From a virus, in IMG/VR virus record IMGVR_UViG_3300028398_000004, positions 1 through 59,488 of that record: a stretch of DNA of 59,488 nucleotides, one strand, 5' to 3'. Positions 23,420 through 32,242 of the stretch are shown here, one piece after another. Made by a program: the position numbers and the translations under genes. Numbering within the stretch: the stretch's first letter is position 1; each line of letters starts with the position of its first letter. A model generated the notes under the pieces. It was not told where the DNA came from, made no database searches, and worked only from the letters and a program-made list of their open reading frames with translations.

Positions 23420-24340
23420 ATGGGCGTTATTACTACAAGTAATTTTGCAAAAGATTTGGTGCCGGGAGTAAAGACCTGGTTTGGGCAAAAATATAAAGAA
23501 TATCCGATTGAATATTTGGATATTTTTGAAAAAGGGACATCTCAGCGGGCATTTGAGGAAGAAGCTGGTGTTACTGGTTTTGGGTTGGCTGCAGTAAAGA
23601 CTGAAGGTGCTGGCATTGCTTATGATGAGCAAGAACAGGGTTTTGTTAATCGTTATACACATGTAACGTATGGCTTGGGATTTATTATCACGCGTGAGAT
23701 GTATGAAGATGGTATTGCTGTAACGGTTGCCTTGCGTCGGGCTAATGCACTTGCTTTTTCTATTCGACAGACAAAAGAAACGATTGGTGCAAATGTGCTG
23801 AATCGTGCTTTTAATTCTGCTTATACGATGGGGGCAAGTTCTGATGGTAAAGAGCTTTGTGCAACTGATCACCCTAATAAAAGTGGAGGTATTTGGAGTA
23901 ATGAGCTTCAGACACCGGCTGATTTGAGTGAAGCTGCACTTGAGCAAGCATGTATTGATATTGCTAAGTTTAAGACTGATCGTGGACTGACGATTGCAAT
24001 TATGCCGCAGCAGTTGATTATTCCGACTGAACTTGAGTTTGAAGCTTATCGAATTCTTGATTCAATTGGACGTCCGGGAACTGATTTTAATGATATTAAT
24101 GCTATTAAGGCAAGTAAGAAGTTTCCGAAAGGTACTGCCGTAAATCATTACTTGACTGATCCTGATGCTTGGTTCATTAAGACAAATTGCCCTGATGGGC
24201 TAAAGTATATGGAACGTCGGCCTGATGCATTTGGTACTGAGAATGATTTTGATACGGAGAATGCTAAATTTAAAGCTACTTTTCGTGGTAGTTTTGGTTG
24301 GTCTGATCCGAGAGGTATTTTTGGTTCTCCGGGAGCGTAA
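23420..24340 (+). CDS. major capsid protein (HK97-fold type, inferred)
   Basis: 306 aa. AAGGAG RBS. Follows the scaffold-like genes and is followed by the strongest terminator in the window. Confidence 0.7.
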   Translation: MGVITTSNFAKDLVPGVKTWFGQKYKEYPIEYLDIFEKGTSQRAFEEEAGVTGFGLAAVKTEGAGIAYDEQEQGFVNRYTHVTYGLGFIITREMYEDGIAVTVALRRANALAFSIRQTKETIGANVLNRAFNSAYTMGASSDGKELCATDHPNKSGGIWSNELQTPADLSEAALEQACIDIAKFKTDRGLTIAIMPQQLIIPTELEFEAYRILDSIGRPGTDFNDINAIKASKKFPKGTAVNHYLTDPDAWFIKTNCPDGLKYMERRPDAFGTENDFDTENAKFKATFRGSFGWSDPRGIFGSPGA

Positions 24341-24347
24341 TAACTTG

Positions 24348-24364
24348 ATGTTCATTTTTGAACA
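24348..24364. promoter_or_regulatory. 17-nt palindrome copy ATGTTCATTTTTGAACA
   Basis: Exact 17-mer, 8 nt after the capsid stop and upstream of the terminator. Confidence 0.6.
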
Positions 24365-24377
24365 GATAATTTATGGT

Positions 24378-24417
24378 ATGTGTCGAGCTTCTTGTAGGAT
24401 GATGAAGCTCGACACAT
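24378..24417 (+). terminator. strong hairpin terminator after the capsid gene
   Basis: 14-bp perfect stem, ATGTGTCGAGCTTC (24378-24391) with GAAGCTCGACACAT (24404-24417). T-rich tail TCTTG follows. Confidence 0.7.
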
Positions 24418-24444
24418 TCTTGATAAAAGTTTATTAGGTTTATT

Positions 24445-24690
24445 ATGGGTTATCGAGTAGGGGATTATAAAGTTATTTGTGATCGATGTGGATTTGAGAG
24501 ATATGCATCAGAGTGTCGAATGACTTGGGATAAGCTTTTTGTATGTGCAGATACTTGTTGGGAAGAAAAGCATCCTCAGTTTAGTGATCCTAAGCCTTTA
24601 GGGGAAAAACAAAAAGTGCCTGTTTATAGACCTGAGCCACCTGAAAATTTTATTGACCCAAGTAATCCTATTACTGGAGATGATTTATAA
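24445..24690 (+). CDS. zinc-ribbon virion-module protein (81 aa)
   Basis: Contains CDRCGF..C..C..CW..HPQ. Confidence 0.6.
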   Translation: MGYRVGDYKVICDRCGFERYASECRMTWDKLFVCADTCWEEKHPQFSDPKPLGEKQKVPVYRPEPPENFIDPSNPITGDDL

Positions 24691-25340
24691 TGGCAACGTT
24701 TGCGGAAATACAAGAACGAGTAAACGATCTTGTTCAAGATGATTTAGGTAATGATGACCTTATTCCAGCGTTAATTAATCAGGGAGTTTATGAAATTGCC
24801 GGTGGAATGCAGTCATTTTTAGCTGATGTAATTATTCCTCCTTTGCCTGAATTATTTAAGATTGATGTTGTGAGTACAGTTCCTGGGCAAGCATTTACTA
24901 ATATGCCAAATGATTTTCATAGGACATTACAATTTGCAGTTAATGAAAAAGGTACTGAAATTGATATAGCTGATTCTTTTATTGCTTTTTCTGAAATAGA
25001 TCCTTCAATGAGTAAAGTTGGAAGTATTATTGAAGTGATTGAGTATGGTAGAAAGTTATATTATTTAAATAGTCCTGTTGTAGCTGAAAATGTTATTGTG
25101 CATTATTATCGTAAGCCAGTTGTAATGGTTGCTGAGGGCGATATACCTGATGGAATTCCTGAACATTTACAAATGACTTTATTAGTTAATTTTGCTTGTT
25201 GGAAAGCATATGAATTTATTGAGGATGGTATTGAAGGTGATGCAGTGAACACACAAAAATATAAATCATTTTTCGCTGAAGCATTAAAAACGCTTGAAGT
25301 TACTATTCCTGATTATACTCGTGGATTAAAGTTACGTTAA
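24690..25340 (+). CDS. virion protein, possible head-tail adaptor (216 aa)
   Basis: Position only. TAATG overlap with the upstream ORF. Confidence 0.5.
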   Translation: MATFAEIQERVNDLVQDDLGNDDLIPALINQGVYEIAGGMQSFLADVIIPPLPELFKIDVVSTVPGQAFTNMPNDFHRTLQFAVNEKGTEIDIADSFIAFSEIDPSMSKVGSIIEVIEYGRKLYYLNSPVVAENVIVHYYRKPVVMVAEGDIPDGIPEHLQMTLLVNFACWKAYEFIEDGIEGDAVNTQKYKSFFAEALKTLEVTIPDYTRGLKLR

Positions 25341-25350
25341 AGGATAAGAT

Positions 25351-25731
25351 ATGTCGCGTGGAATAAAAGATTTTTATCGAGGAGATACAAGGACATACTC
25401 GATTGTTTCAAAAGCAAAAGATGGTAGTCCTTTATCACTTCATAATGCAAAACTTTTTATTACGTTTAAGAGTTCTCAATCATTGGCTGATGCTGATGCT
25501 GAATTACATAAAGTAATTAGTTTAACTGAAATTGATCCTAATAATCCTACTGGAGTAGCAACCATTAAATTAACTCATACAGATACAGAAATTACTCCTG
25601 GAACATATTGGTATGATTTTCAATTAGTATATGCTAACGGGGATGTTATTACTCTTATACCTAATCCTAAATGGGATAAAAAAGATAAGCAAGTTAAAGT
25701 TCATACTGACACTACAAGAGAGATTGCTTGA
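25351..25731 (+). CDS. small beta-rich virion protein (126 aa)
   Basis: YRGDTRTYSI..TGVATIKLTHTDTEITPGTYWYDFQL looks Ig/E-set-like. Confidence 0.5.
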   Translation: MSRGIKDFYRGDTRTYSIVSKAKDGSPLSLHNAKLFITFKSSQSLADADAELHKVISLTEIDPNNPTGVATIKLTHTDTEITPGTYWYDFQLVYANGDVITLIPNPKWDKKDKQVKVHTDTTREIA

Positions 25732-28202
25732 TGAGTTGTGATTGTATAAATGTACAAGTAATTGAAGAAGTAATTTCAGTTATTGTTACTGATGAACAAA
25801 TAGTTTCTGGTGAATTAACAGAAATTATTATTTGTGAATCACAATATTGTGGTGGTATTGAAGAGGCTCCTAAAGATGGTAATCAATATGCTCGGCAAGA
25901 TGGAGATTGGACTGAAGTAAGTATTCCTGTAGTGCCTGTAACTTCTGTATTTGGACGTACTGGAGATGTTGTTGCAGGTCAGAATGATTATACCTGGAAT
26001 CAAATAAATAAGACAGTTTCAAGTCTTGCTGATATTACTACTCGAAAGCATTCTGATCTTACCGAAATAGGCAATAATACCCACCCGCAGATTGATTCTC
26101 ATATTGCCAGGACTGATGTTCATTTTCTTGATGCCCCGGCAGATTCCAAACAATATGCAAGGCAAAATAATAACTGGGTTGAAGTTCAGGCTTCAGGTGG
26201 CGGATCACCATTTTTAAATTTTGAAAATATAACTTTTGCGGCATTACAAACAAAAATACAAAATGCAGAAATTGAGGTTGGCAAATATTACCGAATTACA
26301 GATTATTATTCGTTGAATAGTGCAGGTTTTGGAGAATATTATCAATCTCCTATAGAGCCAATAATTGTTCAAGGCTTGACCGCAAATCAAGTCTCGCTGC
26401 AATCGTATTCCGATACTCATAAAAATGATGTGATATTGTATGATATTACAGATAATCAAATAAACGATTCCGTTAATTTAGAATATGATACTGGAGATAA
26501 TAATGGAACTATAAATGTTTTATCAACGACGACTGATACGGTTGTTGTAGATCAAGAACCAATCCTGAATGATAATTTTTATTTTTATGCTGAAGATAAT
26601 GATGGTGGTGAAATAGAATATGAGTTTAATGGGTTGGGTAGTGATTTTACAGTAACTGACAATGGTAATAGCTCTTGGACTATTACTGATTTAACTGGAG
26701 ATATAAATTTTGCTCAACCTGATTACTCTTATATTGAAGGTGAGTGGGATTTGATTATAAATTTTCCAGGAAAAATTATTTATCGAGAAGACCCTCAGAA
26801 AAAGATAGTTTGTTATTTCGATTTCCGAAACCACAAATACTATCGTGCAAAAGCTGATTTAGGCAGTGTATCTACTTATGATTCAGGAACAACATATTCT
26901 GTACGCAAGATTGTTAAGTATAACGGCACCTTGTACGCAAGCAAGAATAATGACAATCACGGACATACGCCTACGGATCAAAACTTCTGGCACCGAATCT
27001 TAGGAAACGTTGCTGATTACTATCTATTTGCTGAAAATGGTTTTTACAATGCTGGAGGTAATATAAATATTTCTCAGCAGCAGAGCGACAGAGCTTTAGT
27101 TCCGGTCTTTGCGAAACAAAATGGGTCAACCTTTGTTTATGATGATTCAAGAGTAAAGAATACAAAACTGATTCGTCCGGACACAATATTTATTAACTTC
27201 AATGATGCTCCAGTAGTGGAAAATTGCGAGTTCAATACCGAAAAATTTACAGTTTATGCCTCAATAACATTTTCCAAGATAAGCAATGGTAGTAATTGCA
27301 CATTTACTGGACCAGCCTCTTATGTTGATTTTGGTTATATTTCTAGCTTATTTGTGGCCATGTATCTACAAAACTCATCCATAAATAATGCTTCAAGCAC
27401 AATGTTTGTCGGTTGTGCTTCAATGACTATTGATAAGATTTCCAATAGTTTATTGAAAGTTCAAAGGGTCGTTATCGGAAATAATAACCGGCAAATGGCT
27501 TTGTCCGGATCTGATATGACCTTTGGCAATAATAATTCTGATATTTCTATGAGAAATGGGAATTTCATTTCTTTTGGAAATTCCAATCAGCGGATTGAAT
27601 TTTATATGCATCCCCTTGCAAATGTAAAATTCGGGGATCAGAATAAATATTTGAAGTTCACGGGTAATAATGTATCTGCTGTAGAATTTAAAGATCGTTG
27701 TGGTAAGTACGGTCATTGGCATAATTTTACTTCCAATTTGATAGCATCTTATATCGGAACTTCCTGTTTTTGGAACGGGCAATCGACTGTTATACAGCTC
27801 ACAAATGTTACTTTGCAAGGCAATAACGAGAGAGTAAAAATCCCTCGTATATCTAATTCTGTTTTTGGATGGGGAGCCTCAGATATAACTTCATCGAGCG
27901 TGGACAATTGTGTATTTGGTGCGCGATGTTTTCATATAAACTTTAACAATACCAAGATGTATGGGTGTGTGTTTGATCCTGCTGTTCAAAACTTGAGTAT
28001 GGGTACAAGTGATCTTAATAAGAAGTTTACTCGGAATCAGGTGCATGCGAGTAATACTGATTATGGTTCAAGTGCAACTCATATTTTCAAAAATTATACG
28101 TGTGAGATTATTAACCTTGAAGCATCTGGAGTTAATTTACCAGTTAAATTGATGTATTACGATAATACAGGGGTTCAACAAATTGTTGATCCAGATACAT
28201 AA
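25728..28202 (+). CDS. tail fibre / receptor-binding protein
   Basis: 824 aa. The fibre-type motif is duplicated: APKDGNQYARQDGDWTEV and APADSKQYARQNNNWVEV. The C-terminal half is Asn-rich and repeat-like, suggesting a beta-helix. Confidence 0.65.
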   Translation: MMSCDCINVQVIEEVISVIVTDEQIVSGELTEIIICESQYCGGIEEAPKDGNQYARQDGDWTEVSIPVVPVTSVFGRTGDVVAGQNDYTWNQINKTVSSLADITTRKHSDLTEIGNNTHPQIDSHIARTDVHFLDAPADSKQYARQNNNWVEVQASGGGSPFLNFENITFAALQTKIQNAEIEVGKYYRITDYYSLNSAGFGEYYQSPIEPIIVQGLTANQVSLQSYSDTHKNDVILYDITDNQINDSVNLEYDTGDNNGTINVLSTTTDTVVVDQEPILNDNFYFYAEDNDGGEIEYEFNGLGSDFTVTDNGNSSWTITDLTGDINFAQPDYSYIEGEWDLIINFPGKIIYREDPQKKIVCYFDFRNHKYYRAKADLGSVSTYDSGTTYSVRKIVKYNGTLYASKNNDNHGHTPTDQNFWHRILGNVADYYLFAENGFYNAGGNINISQQQSDRALVPVFAKQNGSTFVYDDSRVKNTKLIRPDTIFINFNDAPVVENCEFNTEKFTVYASITFSKISNGSNCTFTGPASYVDFGYISSLFVAMYLQNSSINNASSTMFVGCASMTIDKISNSLLKVQRVVIGNNNRQMALSGSDMTFGNNNSDISMRNGNFISFGNSNQRIEFYMHPLANVKFGDQNKYLKFTGNNVSAVEFKDRCGKYGHWHNFTSNLIASYIGTSCFWNGQSTVIQLTNVTLQGNNERVKIPRISNSVFGWGASDITSSSVDNCVFGARCFHINFNNTKMYGCVFDPAVQNLSMGTSDLNKKFTRNQVHASNTDYGSSATHIFKNYTCEIINLEASGVNLPVKLMYYDNTGVQQIVDPDT

Positions 28203-28214
28203 AGTGGAGAGAAT

Positions 28215-28394
28215 ATGAGAATCAAAGAAGTAAAAGAAAAGTTTGAAGAAATCTATAATTACATTGAGGAGTACAAGCAAGTTCGTCCAATTATGGAGGC
28301 AACTATAGAACAATTGAAAGGTGATGCTGAAGCCCTTAAATTGCAGGTTGCGAATCTGGAATCTGCCATATCGGATTTACAAGGAGGCTCTTAA
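28215..28394 (+). CDS. coiled-coil small protein (59 aa, below track cutoff)
   Basis: GGAG RBS. MRIKEVKEKFEEIYNYIEEYKQVRPIMEATIEQLKGDAEALKLQVANLESAISDLQGGS. TAATG overlap with the lipoprotein gene. Confidence 0.6.
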   Translation: MRIKEVKEKFEEIYNYIEEYKQVRPIMEATIEQLKGDAEALKLQVANLESAISDLQGGS

Positions 28395-29248
28395 TGAAAT
28401 CAATTGCAATGGGAATTTGTTTGCTTTTATTAGCGGGATGTTCTGGGTTTGCTCCGGTGGCAACTAATGCTGTAAGTCAGATAGCAAAAAAGACAACAAC
28501 TACCTATGATGCTAAGGGTATACCCGTACAAACTGTGGAGGAAGATGAACCTGTCCTCGGGACACAACTTGCGTATCAACGCACTTTGCAGACAATAAGC
28601 AATGATCATCGGGACACGATGAAGTCTGTTGCGACCGGGCTCCAGAAAAGCATGACAAGTGTGAGTAAAGATAATTCTCTTGCACCTGGTACTAAAGCAA
28701 TCATGCTTTATCGTGGGTTTGAGTCTTTTGAAAGACTTGGCGAGGTTGCTAATGTAGATGCTCAGTCATTAGCAGCGGTGCAGCGGTCTCTATCTGGATT
28801 TGAAGTGCTTGGCAACGCTTTTGGGCAAGCAATCACTGGAGCGAAGTGGTATGGCATTGCTCGTATAGGTGGAAAAACATTTCGCCATATGGTTGATGGT
28901 TTCGGTGATCATACCAATGTGAGTGGGAATGAGAATGCTCTTAAAATTGATAAGCGTAGAGTGAGCAATAATATACACGCTAACACAACAGGTGCAAATT
29001 CTCCAAGTAATCCAGTGACTACCACTTCTACAGGCTGTGAGTCTGGAAATTGTAACAAAGATTCTGAAGAGAGTCCTGAAGGAAAGCCTCCGATTAATGG
29101 GCCGAATGAAGACAATACAGTCTGTATCAAAGGAGATACTTCTTTACCAATTCATCATGTAAATGATCATGGGGATGCTTTTATCGACGATACATGCTCG
29201 TGTTTATCATGGACAATGGATCATTGTGGCCCTGGTACGGGGAGGTAA
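28394..29248 (+). CDS. lipoprotein with a Cys-rich C-terminal region
   Basis: Signal peptide plus lipobox MKSIAMGICLLLLAGCSG. The C-terminus has 7 Cys (CESGNC..C..CSC..C). Confidence 0.8.
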   Translation: MKSIAMGICLLLLAGCSGFAPVATNAVSQIAKKTTTTYDAKGIPVQTVEEDEPVLGTQLAYQRTLQTISNDHRDTMKSVATGLQKSMTSVSKDNSLAPGTKAIMLYRGFESFERLGEVANVDAQSLAAVQRSLSGFEVLGNAFGQAITGAKWYGIARIGGKTFRHMVDGFGDHTNVSGNENALKIDKRRVSNNIHANTTGANSPSNPVTTTSTGCESGNCNKDSEESPEGKPPINGPNEDNTVCIKGDTSLPIHHVNDHGDAFIDDTCSCLSWTMDHCGPGTGR

Positions 29249-29254
29249 TTACTG

Positions 29255-29623
29255 ATGATAACGAGCAACACAGGAATATCTATATCATTAGTATTGATGG
29301 GATTTAATGCGATTGTTCTACCCATTGTATATTTTTGGGTTAAGCGTATGTCTACTCGTATTGATGAGTTAGATAGCCATAAAGTATCTGAGTCAGAATG
29401 CACTTTACATAGAACATCGATTGATAAAGATTTTGCCTCTATGGATAGACGTATTATGGATCATACAGACCGTAACTCTTCGGAACACCAGGCTTTGCAA
29501 AAAGCAATGGATCAGATGGCGCGAGAACTTGGGCAGGTGTCTAATAATTTAGAATTGACTGCTGGATCACTTGTGACAGTATCTGATTGTCTGGGTAAAA
29601 TTGCTAAAGGAAAAGAATGTTAA
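29255..29623 (+). CDS. single-pass membrane protein with a helical ectodomain (i-spanin-like or holin-like)
   Basis: TM segment ISISLVLMGFNAIVLPIVYFWV, followed by a charged helical region. Confidence 0.55.
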   Translation: MITSNTGISISLVLMGFNAIVLPIVYFWVKRMSTRIDELDSHKVSESECTLHRTSIDKDFASMDRRIMDHTDRNSSEHQALQKAMDQMARELGQVSNNLELTAGSLVTVSDCLGKIAKGKEC

Positions 29624-29642
29624 ACTTAAAGGAGGTGTTATT

Positions 29643-29963
29643 ATGGATGGTACAGAAATTACTCTCCCTGCTTTAAAAGAAGGTAAAGATTCAACTGAGT
29701 GGAGGCTAACAAAAGGACTTATGGTGGCTGGGGTAATTCTTGCGATTTCGTCTTCACTTGGAAAAGTTCCGTTTACACCGGACCAACTTTCAGCATATTT
29801 GGCGAATCTGCTGGCCGAGGCCACTAAATGGACAAAAGTATTTTTGCCTTATGCAACTGCTATTTATGGATGGTATTTGCATAAACGATCACAGCTCAAA
29901 TCAGAGCACCTCCAAATTCAAAAAGAGGTTGCTCTTAAATCACTTGAGGTGAAAAATGGATAA
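29643..29963 (+). CDS. two-TM small membrane protein (holin candidate)
   Basis: Track ORF (TTG start 29601) trimmed to ATG 29643, which has GGAGG 7 nt upstream. Hydrophobic segments GLMVAGVILAISSSLG and VFLPYATAIYGWYL. Confidence 0.55.
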   Translation: MDGTEITLPALKEGKDSTEWRLTKGLMVAGVILAISSSLGKVPFTPDQLSAYLANLLAEATKWTKVFLPYATAIYGWYLHKRSQLKSEHLQIQKEVALKSLEVKNG

Positions 29964-30366
29964 GTATCAAATTCGATGGATGGCAATTTTTTTCTGTTTG
30001 TTGTTTTGGGGGGTAGTTGCATTTGCGTTTATTGGTAATGCGTTTGCGGCTCAAGGAATGTTTCAATGGAGTCCTAATTCCGAACCTGATCTTGCAGGAT
30101 ACAAGATTTACTGTAAGACAGACACTGAAACAGATTATCCTGCCCAAGGTATTGATGTAGGACTGCCAGCCACCGGGGATGATGGGAAGGTGCATTCTGA
30201 GCTGATTACCGTGCCGGATACTTCAGCGTCTTGTGTCGCCACTGCGTACGATAACGATGGTAATGAATCAAATTTTTCTAATCCAGCTACTTTCAATTTA
30301 GCTCCGATGCCGCCCCAAGGGTTTGCTGTTGATGTGACTGTAAACGTTCATGTCAATACAAATTAA
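29956..30366 (+). CDS. secreted FN3-like domain protein
   Basis: Signal peptide ending NAFA-AQG. WSPNSEPDLAGYKIYCKT is a fibronectin-III-type start. Confidence 0.6.
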   Translation: MDKYQIRWMAIFFCLLFWGVVAFAFIGNAFAAQGMFQWSPNSEPDLAGYKIYCKTDTETDYPAQGIDVGLPATGDDGKVHSELITVPDTSASCVATAYDNDGNESNFSNPATFNLAPMPPQGFAVDVTVNVHVNTN

Positions 30367-30604
30367 ATATTCAATGATATTTATTGCCCCCGAGCCTAAA
30401 CATAAACGGGGGCAATACCGTAAATCTCAAGGTCAGTTAATTGAATTTACAGGAAATACAATAAAATCTTTAATTAATAAATTAAAATTTCACTTTGTTG
30501 ATGATGGATTGTACGATCGAACTTATAAAGTAGGTATAGATGGGCATGGGCATCCTTTTATATTTACATTTTCTGAATTAAAGAAGTTATCTGAAAAATT
30601 ATGA
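30350..30604 (+). CDS. hypothetical protein (84 aa; alternative start 30374)
   Basis: Track ORF. Overlaps the upstream gene by 17 nt. Confidence 0.5.
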   Translation: MSIQIKYSMIFIAPEPKHKRGQYRKSQGQLIEFTGNTIKSLINKLKFHFVDDGLYDRTYKVGIDGHGHPFIFTFSELKKLSEKL

Positions 30605-31149
30605 AATTATATATTGTACAGTATAGGGGCATTGGTATGGTGTCTCGAATATTGAAATGGAAAACTTGGTCAATATGGTCACATTCTGGAATGCTTTTTC
30701 ATTTTGATGCCTTAGGCAATGTGAATGGAAATGATTGGGTTTTAGCTGAAGCATGGGAAAAAGTAGGTGTGGATTTAGTAGAAGGTAAAACTATGCAAGA
30801 AGTTTTATCTAAGAATCATCATGTAGGAACTCCAGTGGATATATTTGAAACTCCATGTAGTTCAACTCAGGTTGCAGACATTTATGGGTTTGCAAAAGCT
30901 CATGAAGGTGAAAATTATGATTGGAAAGGTATTGTTGGGTTTATAGCAAGAAAACCCTTCGAAGAATCTGGGAAATGGTTTTGTTCTGAATATGCTCATG
31001 CAGCTTGCAAGCATGGTGAGTTGCTTTTACAAAGAGAAGCTTCTTATAAGGTTAATCCTAATCATATAGGGATAAGTCCAGTTATAGACCCCTATAGTCA
31101 TTTGATAACAGAAGATTATGATAGATTATGCTCACACAAAATATCGTGA
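30601..31149 (+). CDS. permuted papain-like (YaeF/YiiX, C92-type) amidase/peptidase candidate
   Basis: 182 aa. His comes before Cys: ..WSIWSHSGMLF.. then ..WFCSEYAHAAC... ATGA overlap with the upstream ORF. Confidence 0.5.
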   Translation: MKLYIVQYRGIGMVSRILKWKTWSIWSHSGMLFHFDALGNVNGNDWVLAEAWEKVGVDLVEGKTMQEVLSKNHHVGTPVDIFETPCSSTQVADIYGFAKAHEGENYDWKGIVGFIARKPFEESGKWFCSEYAHAACKHGELLLQREASYKVNPNHIGISPVIDPYSHLITEDYDRLCSHKIS

Positions 31150-31447
31150 TTACAAGGCCAAAATAAAAGTAAGAAGAAGTAAGTATTGGCCTGCATTGCG
31201 TAAATGGTATAAGGCTAAACATTCTGAGTGCGAGGCTTGTGGTAGAAAGAATAAATGGGTTATTTTTGTACATCATATTTATCCTTTTCATTTATTTCCT
31301 GCTAAAGAGTTAGAAGTTTCTAACTTAATATCTTTATGTTTTTGGTGTCATTTTACTTTAGGTCATTTGAGAGTTTGGAAAAGTTATAATTTATCAGTAT
31401 GCAAGGATGCTAAAAAACTTTTAGTTAAAATTAAAAATAGACCATGA
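31118..31447 (+). CDS. HNH endonuclease
   Basis: CEACG..VHHIYP..SNLISLCFWCHFTLGH. Confidence 0.75.
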   Translation: MIDYAHTKYRDYKAKIKVRRSKYWPALRKWYKAKHSECEACGRKNKWVIFVHHIYPFHLFPAKELEVSNLISLCFWCHFTLGHLRVWKSYNLSVCKDAKKLLVKIKNRP

Positions 31448-31662
31448 AAGCACAAAAAGGAATGTTTAAAGTTATTCGTAATATGCAATTATGTCATGGT
31501 TTTGATGCTTGTAAATCAAAAGTATGTTTAAAATATTTACCTGGGTTAAAACAAGGCAATGTATGAATTGCTGCGTGGGCATTAAAATATAATGAAAAAG
31601 TAATTACTAATGCAATAGATAAATGCCCAGAAAATGCTATTCAATTAGAGGAAATTAAATGA
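31444..31662 (+). pseudogene. small Cys-containing ORF interrupted by one in-frame TGA (readthrough candidate or pseudogene)
   Basis: MKAQKGMFKVIRNMQLCHGFDACKSKVCLKYLPGLKQGNV-TGA(31564)-IAAWALKYNEKVITNAIDKCPENAIQLEEIK. Both ends are ATGA-coupled to neighbours. The second half has no start codon of its own. Confidence 0.45.
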
Positions 31663-32240
31663 GTGTTGAATCTGCTGTTGAACATTTAATGTCAATTGAA
31701 GGTAATGGGTATAGTTTTGATCGAATGGATCATGGTGGGCATACTTATTGTGGGGTATCACAGATGGCCCATCCTAATTGGATTGGATGGAAAATTTTAG
31801 CAGAATATGCTCCTGATTATAAAGACTTACCAGTCAAAATACTAAAAGTTCATGTAATTTCTCTATACAAAGAACACTATTGGGATAGAATACAAGGAGA
31901 TGAATTAGAGATATATTCTGAAAAAATTGCTTTTGAGGTATTTGAACAAGCTGGTAATCTTGGGGTACGAAAAGCAATTAAACACTTGCAACGATCTTTA
32001 AATGTATTAAATTTGCATGGTAATATTTATTCTGATTTATTTATTGATGGGCTAATAGGTCCAAGAACGCGTGAAGCATATAAAAGATACTTTGCTTATT
32101 CTACACCAGATCATATAACAAAAGAAAAGATGTTATTAGGCGCATTAAACACCTTGCAAGGTATGTACTATTTTAAAATAATTGAAAAACATCCAGATCA
32201 ATCTCGATTTCGTGGTTGGTTTACAAGAGTTGCTTGTTAA
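31659..32240 (+). CDS. endolysin, GH108-type muramidase with a PG_binding_3-like C-terminus
   Basis: LMSIEGNGYSFDRMDHGGHTYCGVS matches the GH108 EGGY..D..D.GG.T..G signature. Confidence 0.8.
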   Translation: MSVESAVEHLMSIEGNGYSFDRMDHGGHTYCGVSQMAHPNWIGWKILAEYAPDYKDLPVKILKVHVISLYKEHYWDRIQGDELEIYSEKIAFEVFEQAGNLGVRKAIKHLQRSLNVLNLHGNIYSDLFIDGLIGPRTREAYKRYFAYSTPDHITKEKMLLGALNTLQGMYYFKIIEKHPDQSRFRGWFTRVAC

Positions 32241-32242
32241 AA

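Noticed and set aside
23381-23947. 188-aa ORF antisense to the major capsid gene. Similar antisense or shadow ORFs in the track include 1958..2200, 3901..4281, 5021..5236, 16268..16657, 26244..26459, 27450..27818, 33470..33889 and 56860..57162.
   Set aside because: They lie inside, and opposite to, long ORFs that have clear motifs or a clear context. Their products are low-complexity (Ile/Phe/Ser/Cys-rich) translations of AT-rich antisense sequence, and they have no RBS.
24348-24364. Reading the 17-nt palindrome as a LexA/Cheo-type SOS box.
   Set aside because: The Cheo box is GAAC-N4-GTTC, whereas here the half-sites are in the opposite order (GTTCA-N4-TGAAC). I know of no LexA consensus that fits, so no regulator is named.
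31564-31566. Alternative genetic code (TGA read as Trp or Gly) for the whole phage.
   Set aside because: Many genes terminate at TGA in classic ATGA stop/start overlaps, for example at 611-614, 2588-2591, 19822-19825, 25728-25731, 30601-30604, 50498-50501 and 54526-54529. This is the only in-frame TGA I noticed.
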